This document shows, piece after piece, positions 1-9,293 of a DNA stretch of 64,000 nt (position 1 is its first letter; the number at the start of each line of letters is the position of its first letter). Origin of the DNA: Patescibacteria group bacterium (GTDB lineage Bacteria; Patescibacteriota; Microgenomatia; UBA1400; PJMF01); the NCBI GenBank assembly GCA_045541795.1, contig JAZQJV010000018.1, forward strand, positions 37,857 to 101,856, in the 5' to 3' direction. The notes under the pieces are model-generated. The model was given only the letters and a program-made list of their open reading frames with translations. It was not told the origin of the DNA and ran no database searches. A program made the translations under genes and the position numbers.

Positions 1-1
1 T

Positions 2-1012
2 ACTGATGATTACTTGATCGCTTACGAACTGCTCAAAATGTACGAGCCAGAATTTACCAATTACGAGCGCACTTTTGATCTGGCCGCCATCCAACAAATG
101 TATGCTGATAAGCAGTCTATTGACGATGATCTGACCAGCCACATCGGCCGTCAATTTTTGCGCATCTCCAATAAATACGATGCCGTTTACCGCATGATCG
201 GCGAAATCACCAAGTCACTCAACATGAAAGCTGTGAGCGAAGGAGAAGAATTTTTTGGTGACGAGGGGAAAGTCCACGCCCGTTACCAGGAAATTTACGC
301 TGCTAAGTATAAAAGTCTCAAAAGCCGCCTGCTCAAAACCGCTTTCTGGACGACGCTTTCGGTGATTATTGCCAATCTCGCCAGCGTCATCATCATTGAG
401 TGGCCGGTAGCGGAATTTTTGGGGCTCGGTTTTGGTCCCGCGGCGATTGCTTTTGATATTTTCATCCCGTGTGTGGCGATGTTTATTTTGGTGATGCTCA
501 TCCGCCCGCCCAAAAAAGAAAACGAAGCTGTCGCCTGGAATGAAATCCGCAAAATCATCACAGCCGAGGGTCAGCAAGATACTTACGAGATCCGCCGACG
601 CCAGCGCGGGCCCAATCGCTTGGTGCAGGCATTTTTTTACGGGACTACGCTTCTGGCCGGAGGCGTGGGGCTGTGGGCACTAGGGATGATGTTTACGCTG
701 GCTGGGCTACCACCGACCTCAGTGTACCTCAATGTTGTCTACATCACGATGGTGCTTTTTGCCTCACTCAATATCCGCGCCAAAGCCCAAGAACTGACGG
801 TGTTTGAAAAAAGTTCTTTATTTGACTTTGTACTGGATATTTTTTCCATCCCGCTGGCGCGGATCGGCCAGTGGTTTTCCAAAAAGTGGAAAGAATACAA
901 TATTTTTTCCATTCTTTTTTCACTCATTATTGACTCGCCACTTTCAAGTTTTATTGGTTTTATCGAGGATTGGCGTAACTTCCTCAAAGAAAATAAATCG
1001 GAAATCCGCTAA
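2..1012 (+). CDS. Multi-pass membrane protein of unknown function, 5' end truncated by the window edge
   Basis: Frame is open from the window edge; four or more hydrophobic segments; stop TAA overlaps the next ATG (TAATG, 1010-1014). Confidence 0.75.
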   Translation, partial: TDDYLIAYELLKMYEPEFTNYERTFDLAAIQQMYADKQSIDDDLTSHIGRQFLRISNKYDAVYRMIGEITKSLNMKAVSEGEEFFGDEGKVHARYQEIYAAKYKSLKSRLLKTAFWTTLSVIIANLASVIIIEWPVAEFLGLGFGPAAIAFDIFIPCVAMFILVMLIRPPKKENEAVAWNEIRKIITAEGQQDTYEIRRRQRGPNRLVQAFFYGTTLLAGGVGLWALGMMFTLAGLPPTSVYLNVVYITMVLFASLNIRAKAQELTVFEKSSLFDFVLDIFSIPLARIGQWFSKKWKEYNIFSILFSLIIDSPLSSFIGFIEDWRNFLKENKSEIR

Positions 1013-3507
1013 TGACTAGTCAGACACCTGTGCAAATTGAAATCCGTGGCGCTCGTGTGCACAACCTACAAAATATCGACGTCGACGTCCCGCTACATCA
1101 AATTGTCGGCATTGCTGGAGTTTCTGGCTCCGGCAAATCGTCACTTGCTCTGGGAGTGCTGTATGCTGAAGGCTCACGGCGTTATCTCGAATCTCTTTCG
1201 ACTTTTACTAGGCGCCGGATGACGGGTGCGGCCGGTGCTGATGTGGATAGCGTTAAATATGTACCCGCGGCATTAGCACTCCATCAGCGCCCCGGTGTGC
1301 CTGGCATCAGAAGTACTTTTGGTACCATGACAGAACTACTCAATAGTTTACGCTTGATGTTTTCTCGTCTGAGCGTATATAAGTGCCCGCATGGTCATGA
1401 CGTCCCGCCCTCGCTCAGCGTTGCCGCAGAAGTAGATTTTTATTGCCCGACTTGCGGCGAGCAAGTCACGCCTATCGGCGCCGAGGAACTTGCTTTTAAT
1501 AGCGGCGGTGCGTGTACGCATTGTGGCGGCACGGGCACTATCCGCACTGTTGACCGCGCCACTCTCATCCCTGATGAAAGTCTGACGATAGACCAGGGCG
1601 CTGTCGCTCCCTGGAATAGTTTGATGTGGTCACTCATGACCGATGTTTGTCGAGCGATGGGCGTGCGTACTGATGTACCTTTTAAAGATCTCACCGATCA
1701 AGAAAAAGAAATCGTCTATGACGGCCCAATGGTCAAAAAGCACATTTTTTATCGGCCCAAAAATGAAGACAGCGTTACTGCCGCCGAAATGGATTTCACT
1801 TATTACTCTGCCACGGCCACAGTCCTTAATGCTCTCAAAAAAGTCAAAGACGAAAAAGGCATGGCGCGCGTCGAAAAATTTTTGCGAGAAGATACTTGTC
1901 CTCATTGCCACGGCACGAGACTTAATGAGCGCGCCCGCTCGCTGAAGTTGTGTGGTATCAGCCTGGATCAAGTCTGTACTTACACGCTCGCGCAGGCAAT
2001 TGATTGGGTCCGTCAGATGCCAGGGACACTGCCGGCACCAATGCAGCCGATGGCTAGGGACATTGCAGATGCTTTTTTGCACACGGCCAAAAGGCTTACT
2101 GACTTGGGACTGTCTTACCTCACGCTCGACCGCCAGGCTGCCACTCTTTCTACCGGCGAGCGTCAGCGCACTCAGCTCGCCCGTAGCGTGCGCAACCGCA
2201 CCACCGGTGTGCTTTATGTACTCGACGAGCCATCTATCGGCCTGCATCCTTCCAACCTTGAGGGTCTCACAGGGGTAATGGACGATTTAGTGGCAGACGG
2301 CAACTCTGTCGTCTTGGTGGATCATGACACTCAAGTCCTTGCCCATGCTGACTGGCTGATCGAACTCGGGCCGGAAGCTGGCGCTGAAGGCGGCACCATT
2401 ATTGCCACCGGCAGCCCGGCTGCTCTTGCCAGCGATCCTCACTCCCGCATCGGCCAATTCCTCACTCCAGACCAGCCGCATGTACTTAGAGCACGCACAC
2501 CACAGTCGGCTCTTTTTGCTGTTGGCCGCATTACTATTGCTACTGATAATATTCACACTGTTGCTCCGCTAGAGGTCAGCTTTCCCAAAGGCCGACTCAC
2601 CGTCGTCACTGGCGTTTCTGGCTCTGGCAAGACCACTCTCATCCTCGAAAGTCTCATTCCCGGCTTGCGCTCATATATTGAAAACACTACACTTCCTGCG
2701 CACGTCAAATCCATCCATGCGGACGGCATCACTCAAGTCAAACTCATCGACGCTACGCCGATCGGCATTAATATCCGCTCTACAGTGGCCACTTATGCCG
2801 GCATCCATGACGAGCTGCGCAAAGTTTTCGCCCGAGTGCCGACGGCAAAAGAGGCTGGTTATAAAGCCGGCGACTTTTCTTACAATACCGGTAAACTGCG
2901 CTGTGCCACGTGTGACGGCACTGGTTCCATCAGCCTTGACGTCCAATTTTTACCCGACGTAGAAATTGAGTGTCCTACCTGCCACGGTACGCGTTACAGC
3001 CGCGAGGCCTCCAACGTCTACCGACAAAATCAAGACAGTACCAAAATCTCTTTGCCTCAGTTGATGGCCATGAGTGTGGACGAAGCACTTCAAATCACTG
3101 GCGACCTCAAAAGCGTCCACGCTCGGCTGCAAGTTTTGCATGACTTAGGCTTGGGTTATCTCACCCTGGGCGAACAGACTCCCAGCCTTTCCGGCGGTGA
3201 AGCCCAACGTCTCAAGCTCGCCAGCGAAATGGGCAAAGGCCAAGCGGACACAGTTTTTGTTTTTGATGAACCCACGATCGGTCTTCATCCTCTGGATGTG
3301 CGCACTCTCATGAATGTTTTCCAACACTTGTTGGATCTAGGCGCCAGTGTCATTGTCATCGAACATGATCTTGACGTGATGAGGAATGCAGATTACATTG
3401 TTGACATGGGACCTGGCGGCGGCGAGGCTGGCGGGCGAGTGGTGGCCTGTGGCACTCCGGATGACATCCGTGCCTGCAAGCACAGTGTCACCGGGCGTTA
3501 TTTGTAA
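1012..3507 (+). CDS. uvrA: Class II UvrA-like (UvrA2/DrrC-type) ABC ATPase
   Basis: GARVHNLQN start, two Walker A motifs (GVSGSGKS, GVSGSGKT), LSTGE/LSGGE signatures, LDEPSIGLH/FDEPTIGLH and CxxC zinc motifs. At 831 aa it is shorter than canonical UvrA. Confidence 0.9.
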   Translation: MTSQTPVQIEIRGARVHNLQNIDVDVPLHQIVGIAGVSGSGKSSLALGVLYAEGSRRYLESLSTFTRRRMTGAAGADVDSVKYVPAALALHQRPGVPGIRSTFGTMTELLNSLRLMFSRLSVYKCPHGHDVPPSLSVAAEVDFYCPTCGEQVTPIGAEELAFNSGGACTHCGGTGTIRTVDRATLIPDESLTIDQGAVAPWNSLMWSLMTDVCRAMGVRTDVPFKDLTDQEKEIVYDGPMVKKHIFYRPKNEDSVTAAEMDFTYYSATATVLNALKKVKDEKGMARVEKFLREDTCPHCHGTRLNERARSLKLCGISLDQVCTYTLAQAIDWVRQMPGTLPAPMQPMARDIADAFLHTAKRLTDLGLSYLTLDRQAATLSTGERQRTQLARSVRNRTTGVLYVLDEPSIGLHPSNLEGLTGVMDDLVADGNSVVLVDHDTQVLAHADWLIELGPEAGAEGGTIIATGSPAALASDPHSRIGQFLTPDQPHVLRARTPQSALFAVGRITIATDNIHTVAPLEVSFPKGRLTVVTGVSGSGKTTLILESLIPGLRSYIENTTLPAHVKSIHADGITQVKLIDATPIGINIRSTVATYAGIHDELRKVFARVPTAKEAGYKAGDFSYNTGKLRCATCDGTGSISLDVQFLPDVEIECPTCHGTRYSREASNVYRQNQDSTKISLPQLMAMSVDEALQITGDLKSVHARLQVLHDLGLGYLTLGEQTPSLSGGEAQRLKLASEMGKGQADTVFVFDEPTIGLHPLDVRTLMNVFQHLLDLGASVIVIEHDLDVMRNADYIVDMGPGGGEAGGRVVACGTPDDIRACKHSVTGRYL

Positions 3508-3525
3508 TCGGCTAGTTGTAAGGGG

Positions 3526-3852
3526 ATGATGAGCCAGGCTCAAGCGGAGTCTTACGCGCGTGACCTGCGTGAACTTACCCAAACTGATCCTGATCTTACG
3601 GCACGCATTGACCGCCAGTATCAGCGAGCGTTGGAACTTTCTCATGAATCCGCTGGCGCTGATATGCAGACTTCATTCGCGCAGGCAAACGTTACTGAAG
3701 GCGATCCGCTAGTAGTGTACATGCAAAAGCAACTCGCCGGCGTAGACATGAATGAACAAGTGGATGCGATCCGCACTTTTTTGGATGGAGAACGTTTACG
3801 TAGCGAGCGGGATCAGTTGAATACGCAAATTGAGAATGCCGAACAAAAATAA
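3526..3852 (+). CDS. Hypothetical helical protein
   Basis: 108-aa ORF preceded by AAGGGG; no recognisable motif. Confidence 0.6.
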   Translation: MMSQAQAESYARDLRELTQTDPDLTARIDRQYQRALELSHESAGADMQTSFAQANVTEGDPLVVYMQKQLAGVDMNEQVDAIRTFLDGERLRSERDQLNTQIENAEQK

Positions 3853-3950
3853 TTGAGTATTTATTGTGTACAATAAATAAATTAATATTGATACATAAAG
3901 ATTTTTAAAAGTAGTTAAAAACGTTAGCAGACAAGAGGCGCGACTGCTAA
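3853..3950 (+). repeat. Dispersed modular element, copy A (palindrome plus CIRCE-like inverted repeat)
   Basis: TTGAGT-ATTTATTGT-GT-ACAATAAAT (palindrome 3859-3878), then TTAGCAGAC-N9-GACTGCTAA (3924-3950). Aligns over about 98 bp with the reverse complement of 25523-25620 and with 60882-60980. Confidence 0.9.
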
Positions 3951-3975
3951 AAATTAGTCACTTATTTTTTAGGGA

Positions 3976-4018
3976 GTGTTTCGGGATTTTTGGGCTGCGC
4001 CCAAAAATCCCGAAACAC
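3976..4018. repeat. Perfect 20-bp inverted repeat with a 3-nt loop (hairpin/cruciform)
   Basis: GTGTTTCGGGATTTTTGGGC-TGC-GCCCAAAAATCCCGAAACAC; the flanks GGGAG (3972) and CTCCC (4024) can extend the stem. Confidence 0.9.
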
Positions 4019-4034
4019 AAAAACTCCCACAACC

Positions 4035-4065
4035 AAAAAAATCTGCGCTCCCTTTGGGAGCGCAG
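4035..4065 (-). terminator. Intrinsic terminator of the Gly-rich gene
   Basis: 10-bp stem CTGCGCTCCC/GGGAGCGCAG with a 3-nt loop, followed on the minus strand by A-T7. Confidence 0.8.
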
Positions 4066-4101
4066 TGCATCTAAAGGTAGAAAGAGAAAGTAAGTGACGA
4101 A

Positions 4102-5217
4102 TTAATTAAGGCGCGTGATCCTGGCATAGCCGTTTCCCGTTTTGCTGCAATCGGCGGTTGCTGTCGCACTTACACAAGTATTCGACTGCGTACGGGTAGC
4201 GTCAACGGTAGAAGTCGCACAGTTGTAGCACGTCATGTGTTTGGTGATGCCGTTTGCGGAAATGAGGTTGGATGAACCAATGTAACCGGAGCCGCCAGAA
4301 CCAGACGAAAATATTGCGCCACTTCCACCATAGTATCCTGCTCCTCCACCACTATTTGTTTCGCCAGTTGAGACGTGAGAATCACCGCCACGTCCAAAGT
4401 CACCACAGGCATTATTGCCGTTAGAACATCCACCATTTGTTTGCGTACCAGGATATGACTTTCTTCCTGAATAAGTCCACCCAGAACATAAACTTGTCCC
4501 TTCTGCACCAGAGTAACCTCCTCCATTACCACCGATTCCGCAATTGGCATAATTAGTATAATTAGCACCGCCGCCAGCACCAGCAACAATTATTATTGCT
4601 GCTTGATTGGTTTTAAATGTTTGCAGCAAGCCAGTACTTGTTGTGATACTGGTGGCACCGCCGCCGCCAGCTACTGAAGTTGTACTTTCGTACATATAGA
4701 CATGATATCCAAAACCACCACCATTATACCCTCCGTTTGTGTAACCCGTAGCGCTGTAAAGCGACTGACCTTTGCCACCAACATTGATAAATAATGAAGT
4801 ATCTAGTGATGACATAATACTGCCAACTGCATAACCGCCATAACCTCCGGCTCGACTAGTAGCATCTCCTCCCTGCGCTCCCCACACCTCCAACTTGTAA
4901 CTCCTCCCGGCACACGCCGTAAATGTCTGCTCACCGCCGGTATAGTCAAAATTCTTACTTCCGCCCACACTCAGCCCGTCATCACAAGTACTGGCCGGCT
5001 CTGTCGCCATCCATCGTCCGCCGCCAATCGCCACAAACTTACTCCCACCAATCCTGATCGTGCTGCCGGCGGCAATATCACGCACCTTCATCGTGGTAAT
5101 GCTAGCGCTCGCCGCCCACACTTTACCGTTTCGTGCGGGCAATTCATCGCTCCATCGTGCCGCTAGTGCCAGTATCATTGTCGCCGCCAAAATCCCCCGC
5201 CACGCTGCATACCGCAT
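4102..5217 (-). CDS. Secreted glycine-rich protein (Gly_rich/ALK-LTK-like domain) with a Cys-containing C-terminus
   Basis: ATG at 5217 follows AAAGGA; signal-peptide-like N-terminus; FDYTGGEQTF..YKLEVWGAQGG, GGGGAT, IIVAGAGGG, GGSGYIG and GNGYARIT are typical of this family. Confidence 0.8.
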   Translation of the reverse strand: MRYAAWRGILAATMILALAARWSDELPARNGKVWAASASITTMKVRDIAAGSTIRIGGSKFVAIGGGRWMATEPASTCDDGLSVGGSKNFDYTGGEQTFTACAGRSYKLEVWGAQGGDATSRAGGYGGYAVGSIMSSLDTSLFINVGGKGQSLYSATGYTNGGYNGGGFGYHVYMYESTTSVAGGGGATSITTSTGLLQTFKTNQAAIIIVAGAGGGANYTNYANCGIGGNGGGYSGAEGTSLCSGWTYSGRKSYPGTQTNGGCSNGNNACGDFGRGGDSHVSTGETNSGGGAGYYGGSGAIFSSGSGGSGYIGSSNLISANGITKHMTCYNCATSTVDATRTQSNTCVSATATADCSKTGNGYARITRLN

Positions 5218-5259
5218 GCCGTTCCTTTCGTCTATTTCATTTCCAGGCGGGACACTTCT

Positions 5260-5430
5260 TCGTCCAGAAAAATGCACACGAGCGCTTCCCATCCACAGTC
5301 AGCACAGCAGCGATCTTGGTGAGACTCATAGCTTTCGCTCGAACGTCTACTCCAGAAGCTCCTTACTCATGTGCATTTTTCTCCGTTCGAACTCCACTAA
5401 CAATTTCTTGCTTTGAAACGTTTGGAGTTA
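5260..5430 (-). ncRNA. Putative structured leader RNA upstream of the Gly-rich gene
   Basis: 17-bp stem 5266-5282/5366-5382, whose one mismatch is a U-G wobble only on the minus strand; inner GCUUC/GAAGC pair and AGC-GAAA-GCU hairpin; second hairpin 5390-5429. Confidence 0.4.
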
Positions 5431-5553
5431 CTCAACTATCACAAATTCGTCTTTTCCTTTCATCTCACTACTTGCTACTGTGGATGTATTTATTTGTATT
5501 TTAACTTGTCACCGCTTATTTGTCAATAGTCAGTTTTGACGGGTTTTTACATC

Positions 5554-5582
5554 TTGACGGCCTCGGTTTGATGTGTTATAAT
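5554..5582 (+). promoter_or_regulatory. Sigma70 promoter with extended -10; predicted leaderless mRNA
   Basis: TTGACG-17 bp-TATAAT with TGn; ATG lies 7 nt after the -10. Confidence 0.8.
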
Positions 5583-5589
5583 ATAGTAT

Positions 5590-7011
5590 ATGAAGATCAG
5601 GGACATCAGCGTGAGCGGCCACCCGTTTTTTGGGGAGCTCACTTTTGATGCCCTCCTCCCAGACGGCACACCGGCCAGCACCATCGTCATCGCCGGCGAA
5701 AATGGTACCGGCAAGACTAAGTTTCTCGAGCTGCTTTATGATTTTTCTCGTCTCCAGCCTACAGCAACAGGCTCTGGTTACTGTCAGCTGACATTTGATT
5801 TTGACGTGGAGCAGCTGCAAGCACTTCAAGCTGAGCCAACGCTTTCATCCATCCTCACCGAGGCTACCAATACTTGGCGCATTAAAGTCGATCACTCACT
5901 ACCGGCCACTCAAGGCATTACTATTTTTTGCCAAGATGAAAGCGGCTGGAAACAGTTGGATGCGGCTCTACTCTTGGCTGATCCAGTATTCCGCGCCAGC
6001 GTCAAGGCGCTTTATTCTACTGTGGAAATAAATTACATTCCCACCGCCAGTACTTTCATCACTAATAATAGTATGGAGGATACCGCGCGCGAGAGTATCC
6101 GCTCTGGTCAAGATCTTGCCACCAAAATCCAGCAACTCCTGATTGACATGCAAAGTCGTGACGCCAATGATCTCAACGACTGGACACTAGCGCATCCAGG
6201 ACAAGTGCCGCCCGCATCCGTGCAAGGCCAGCGCATCAAACAGTTCCAAAATGCCTTTAGTGTCATGTTTGGTGACGAACTCAATTACTACGGGGTGAAG
6301 TCTGCTGGTGAGCGCAAACAGGTTTTATTCCGTAAACGTGGCCAACTGGTAGATCTGGCTGATCTTAGTTCTGGCGAAAAGCAAATTGTTTTCCGCGGGG
6401 CATTTTTACTGCAAAACCGCTCCAGCATGTGCGGTAATACTATCCTGATCGATGAACCAGAACTCAGCCTCCATCCGCTCTGGCGCACTGGGATTTTACA
6501 TTACTACCAATCACTATTTAGTGATGGTACCACTATCCGCGGTCAGCTGTTTGTCACTACTCACTCGCCACGGGTGGTAGAAAGCTGCTTCCATCAGCCC
6601 CAAAGTCTTTTGTGGATTTTGCGCCAGGAAAATGGCAAAATCAGCGTCCACAAAATCGGCACCACTCGTGCTCTGCCTAGCGTCACGATTGCCGAGACCA
6701 ATTACTTAGCTTTTGGCTTGGCGAGCATTGACTATCACGTGGGGCTGTACAGTTATCTGCAATCCCTGCTTCACAGTCCCAGCATTATCAAACTTGACCA
6801 CTTCATCCGTCATCACGCCGCTTTTAATCCCAGCCGCCACGAGCTTACTGATCAGTTTGCTGACGCCACTTATTTTACCCTACCTACCTATATCCGCAAT
6901 GCTATCAATCATCCTGAGTCCGGCCGTGAATTTACGCCCACTCAGCTGCGTGTCTCTATCGATTTGCTCCGTCAGATTTGTCAGTCAGAAAATAATAAAT
7001 GTAAAGGTTAG
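5590..7011 (+). CDS. ABC-type (AAA_15/AAA_21-like) ATPase with a C-terminal HEPN-like RxxxxH motif; putative defence protein
   Basis: Walker A GENGTGKT, signature LSSGEKQ, Walker B ILIDEPELSLHP, H-loop TTHSP, C-terminal YIRNAINHPE. Confidence 0.75.
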   Translation: MKIRDISVSGHPFFGELTFDALLPDGTPASTIVIAGENGTGKTKFLELLYDFSRLQPTATGSGYCQLTFDFDVEQLQALQAEPTLSSILTEATNTWRIKVDHSLPATQGITIFCQDESGWKQLDAALLLADPVFRASVKALYSTVEINYIPTASTFITNNSMEDTARESIRSGQDLATKIQQLLIDMQSRDANDLNDWTLAHPGQVPPASVQGQRIKQFQNAFSVMFGDELNYYGVKSAGERKQVLFRKRGQLVDLADLSSGEKQIVFRGAFLLQNRSSMCGNTILIDEPELSLHPLWRTGILHYYQSLFSDGTTIRGQLFVTTHSPRVVESCFHQPQSLLWILRQENGKISVHKIGTTRALPSVTIAETNYLAFGLASIDYHVGLYSYLQSLLHSPSIIKLDHFIRHHAAFNPSRHELTDQFADATYFTLPTYIRNAINHPESGREFTPTQLRVSIDLLRQICQSENNKCKG

Positions 7012-7012
7012 C

Positions 7013-7882
7013 ATGCAAGTTTTTTTAGCCAAGGTAAGCGGTTTTTGTGGTGACGGTGGCAAGTTTGGCGTCAGCGGTGCTATCCGTTTGGCCCAGGAAG
7101 CGGCTTTGGGCAATCCGGGGCAAGTTTACATCGTCGGCGATCTCGTCCACAATACTCATGTTACCGATTGGCTCGAGCAGTCTTACGGTATTCATTTCGT
7201 CAAAAATTTAGACGCAGTCCCGGATAAAGCCACCATCGTCATCAAAGCTCACGGCGCACCGCCAGATTTTTGTGATACTTGCATCAGCAAAAATCTTCAC
7301 ATCGTGGATGCCACCTGTCCGATGGTCAAGGCCGCCCAAAAAATGCTCAAAAAATACGTGGACGAAGGCAAGCAGGTCATTTACGTCGCCTCTAAACCTG
7401 ATCATGACGAAGCGGTGAGTGTAAGTCGCCAAGTGGATCACGGCGTCCAAGTGGTGACGCTGCCGGAGCTAGAAAATCTCACCATCAAAAATCCTCTCGC
7501 GACCGTCGTCATGACTCAGACCACTTTATCGATTTTAGAAACAAAGCGCCAGTTTGCCGCCTTGCAAAAAAAGTATCCCGACCTCACTATCCAGCCACAT
7601 TTATGTCGGGCGACGACTGACCGGCAGCAAGCAGTTTTGGAATTGGCCGCTAGTGTTGATGTGCTCATCGTCGTCGGTGCGCCGCACTCAAGTAATTCGC
7701 GCCGCCTGCTTGAAGTGGCCAGTACTAGTGGTAAACCAGCTTACAGTGTCGATGAAGCCGCCGACTTAGACGAGCACTGGTTTGATGCCAGCATTAGTAA
7801 AGTCGGCGTCATTGCCGGCGCCAGCACTCCGGCATGGATCACGACTAGCGTAGTAGAAAAAATTAAAAAAATCAAAAATTAA
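7013..7882 (+). CDS. ispH: 4-hydroxy-3-methylbut-2-enyl diphosphate reductase
   Basis: Three Fe-S cysteines (GFC, DATCP, LCRAT), LVHN, KAHG, TQTT, SSNS and AGASTP motifs; start taken as ATG 7013. Confidence 0.93.
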   Translation: MQVFLAKVSGFCGDGGKFGVSGAIRLAQEAALGNPGQVYIVGDLVHNTHVTDWLEQSYGIHFVKNLDAVPDKATIVIKAHGAPPDFCDTCISKNLHIVDATCPMVKAAQKMLKKYVDEGKQVIYVASKPDHDEAVSVSRQVDHGVQVVTLPELENLTIKNPLATVVMTQTTLSILETKRQFAALQKKYPDLTIQPHLCRATTDRQQAVLELAASVDVLIVVGAPHSSNSRRLLEVASTSGKPAYSVDEAADLDEHWFDASISKVGVIAGASTPAWITTSVVEKIKKIKN

Positions 7883-7887
7883 AAAAA

Positions 7888-7915
7888 TTGAGTATTTTTT
7901 GTGTACAATAAATGA
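7888..7915 (+). repeat. Dispersed element, copy B (core only), filling the ispH-ispF gap
   Basis: TTGAGTATTTTTTGTGTACAATAAATGA; its last bases provide the ATG at 7912. Confidence 0.85.
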
Positions 7916-8418
7916 CTATGAAAAAACTCCCGCAATTCCTCACTGGCATCGGTCAAGATTCACACCGCTTGCGTGCGGCCAAAAAAGGTGAAGTTCTCAC
8001 TCTCGCCGGCGTCCCTTTCGACTGTGGTCTCACGCTACAAGCTAACTCTGATGGTGACGTCATCCTGCATGCTTTATTTAATGCTGTGTCTACCGCCTTG
8101 GGTGGCGGTTCTATCAGTACTGTCGCTGATAAAATGTGCGCCGCCGACATCACTGACTCTCGCGCCTACTTGCAGGTCATCTTAGAAAAAATGTCTGCCC
8201 GCGGCTACATGCTCGTCAATATCAGTATCAGCATCGAAGCCGGTCAGCCGCGTTTGGAAAAATATTTCGTGTACATGAAAAAGTCACTCGCAGATTTGTG
8301 TGGGCTCGATACTGATCAGGTCGGCTTGAGTGCCACTAGTGGCGAAGGACTCACTCGTGTGAGTGATGGCGACGGTATTAGCGTGATCGCCAACGTCCTT
8401 TTGGAACGGACCACATGA
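7912..8418 (+). CDS. ispF: 2-C-methyl-D-erythritol 2,4-cyclodiphosphate synthase
   Basis: GIGQDSHR, NSDGDVILHA and SATSGEGL motifs; the start may instead be 7918. Confidence 0.9.
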   Translation: MTMKKLPQFLTGIGQDSHRLRAAKKGEVLTLAGVPFDCGLTLQANSDGDVILHALFNAVSTALGGGSISTVADKMCAADITDSRAYLQVILEKMSARGYMLVNISISIEAGQPRLEKYFVYMKKSLADLCGLDTDQVGLSATSGEGLTRVSDGDGISVIANVLLERTT

Positions 8419-9293
8419 ATAAATTTAGCGTCTGCGCACCCGCCAAAATCAATCTCTCGCTGCATATCGGCGAACGTTTGCCGGGCGGCTATCACGAGGT
8501 CGAGACGATCATGTGCAAACTGCCGCTCGCTGACGTCATGACGGTGGAACTGTTGCCGTCACAAGAGTCGGATGAAGTAATCTGTGATCAAGCTCTAGTC
8601 CCCACCGGTGAGGCCAATCTTATCAATAAAGCTTTGCGCTTGCTGCGCGCCCAGGTGTCCTTACCCGCTTGCCGCATCCATTTGCAAAAAAATATTCCCG
8701 TCGCCGCGGGCCTAGCTGGCGGCAGTAGTGATGCTGGCAGCTTACTGGTGGCGCTCAATGATGAGTGCGGTCTCGGTCTTACTCCTGATCGGCTCACAAG
8801 CCTCGCACTCCAGCTGGGGGCGGATGTACCTTTTTTTACCAGAAACGACAACGTCACTCGCGAAATCCATCACGGTCTGCCCACCTTACAAAGCCAGTCA
8901 CTACCTGATTTGCTGCCCTGCCGGATCATCACTATTTACCAAGCCACCGGCCTGGATACCGCCGCTATGTATGCCGCCTGGGACAGCGAAATTATTTTCG
9001 TCACTGACCGCAGCCATACCATCTCTGCGCTTGACGCTCTCCAAGCCCACTCACTGCCAGGCATTGCCGCGGCTCTCCACAATGACTTCTACCAGTTGGC
9101 GGTCTCCCGTGCACCAGCAATTGCCAGCGCCCGAGAATCTCTAGTGCGTACTGGCGCGCTTGGCGTGAATCTTACCGGCAAAGGGCCGACAATTTTTGGC
9201 CTTTTCCCGCCGGGCGCAGCCATTGATGAAAAATTATTACGAGGTTTTAGTTATCAAGTTTTTGATTTAGAAAGTGCTTATGATCCAACGTAA
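8415..9293 (+). CDS. ispE: 4-diphosphocytidyl-2-C-methyl-D-erythritol kinase
   Basis: APAKINLSL, GYHE, KNIPVAAGLAGGSSDA, LGADVPFF, NDF and TGKGPT motifs. Confidence 0.92.
   Translation: MNKFSVCAPAKINLSLHIGERLPGGYHEVETIMCKLPLADVMTVELLPSQESDEVICDQALVPTGEANLINKALRLLRAQVSLPACRIHLQKNIPVAAGLAGGSSDAGSLLVALNDECGLGLTPDRLTSLALQLGADVPFFTRNDNVTREIHHGLPTLQSQSLPDLLPCRIITIYQATGLDTAAMYAAWDSEIIFVTDRSHTISALDALQAHSLPGIAAALHNDFYQLAVSRAPAIASARESLVRTGALGVNLTGKGPTIFGLFPPGAAIDEKLLRGFSYQVFDLESAYDPT

Noticed and set aside
3859-3878. dif site or classical integron attC identity for the core palindrome
   Set aside because: It lacks XerC/XerD arm consensus and the RYYYAAC..GTTRRRY ends, and multiple dispersed copies do not fit a single dif.
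6713-7012. Extended ispH N-terminus
   Set aside because: It overlaps the ATPase gene in another frame; IspH homology starts at ATG 7013.
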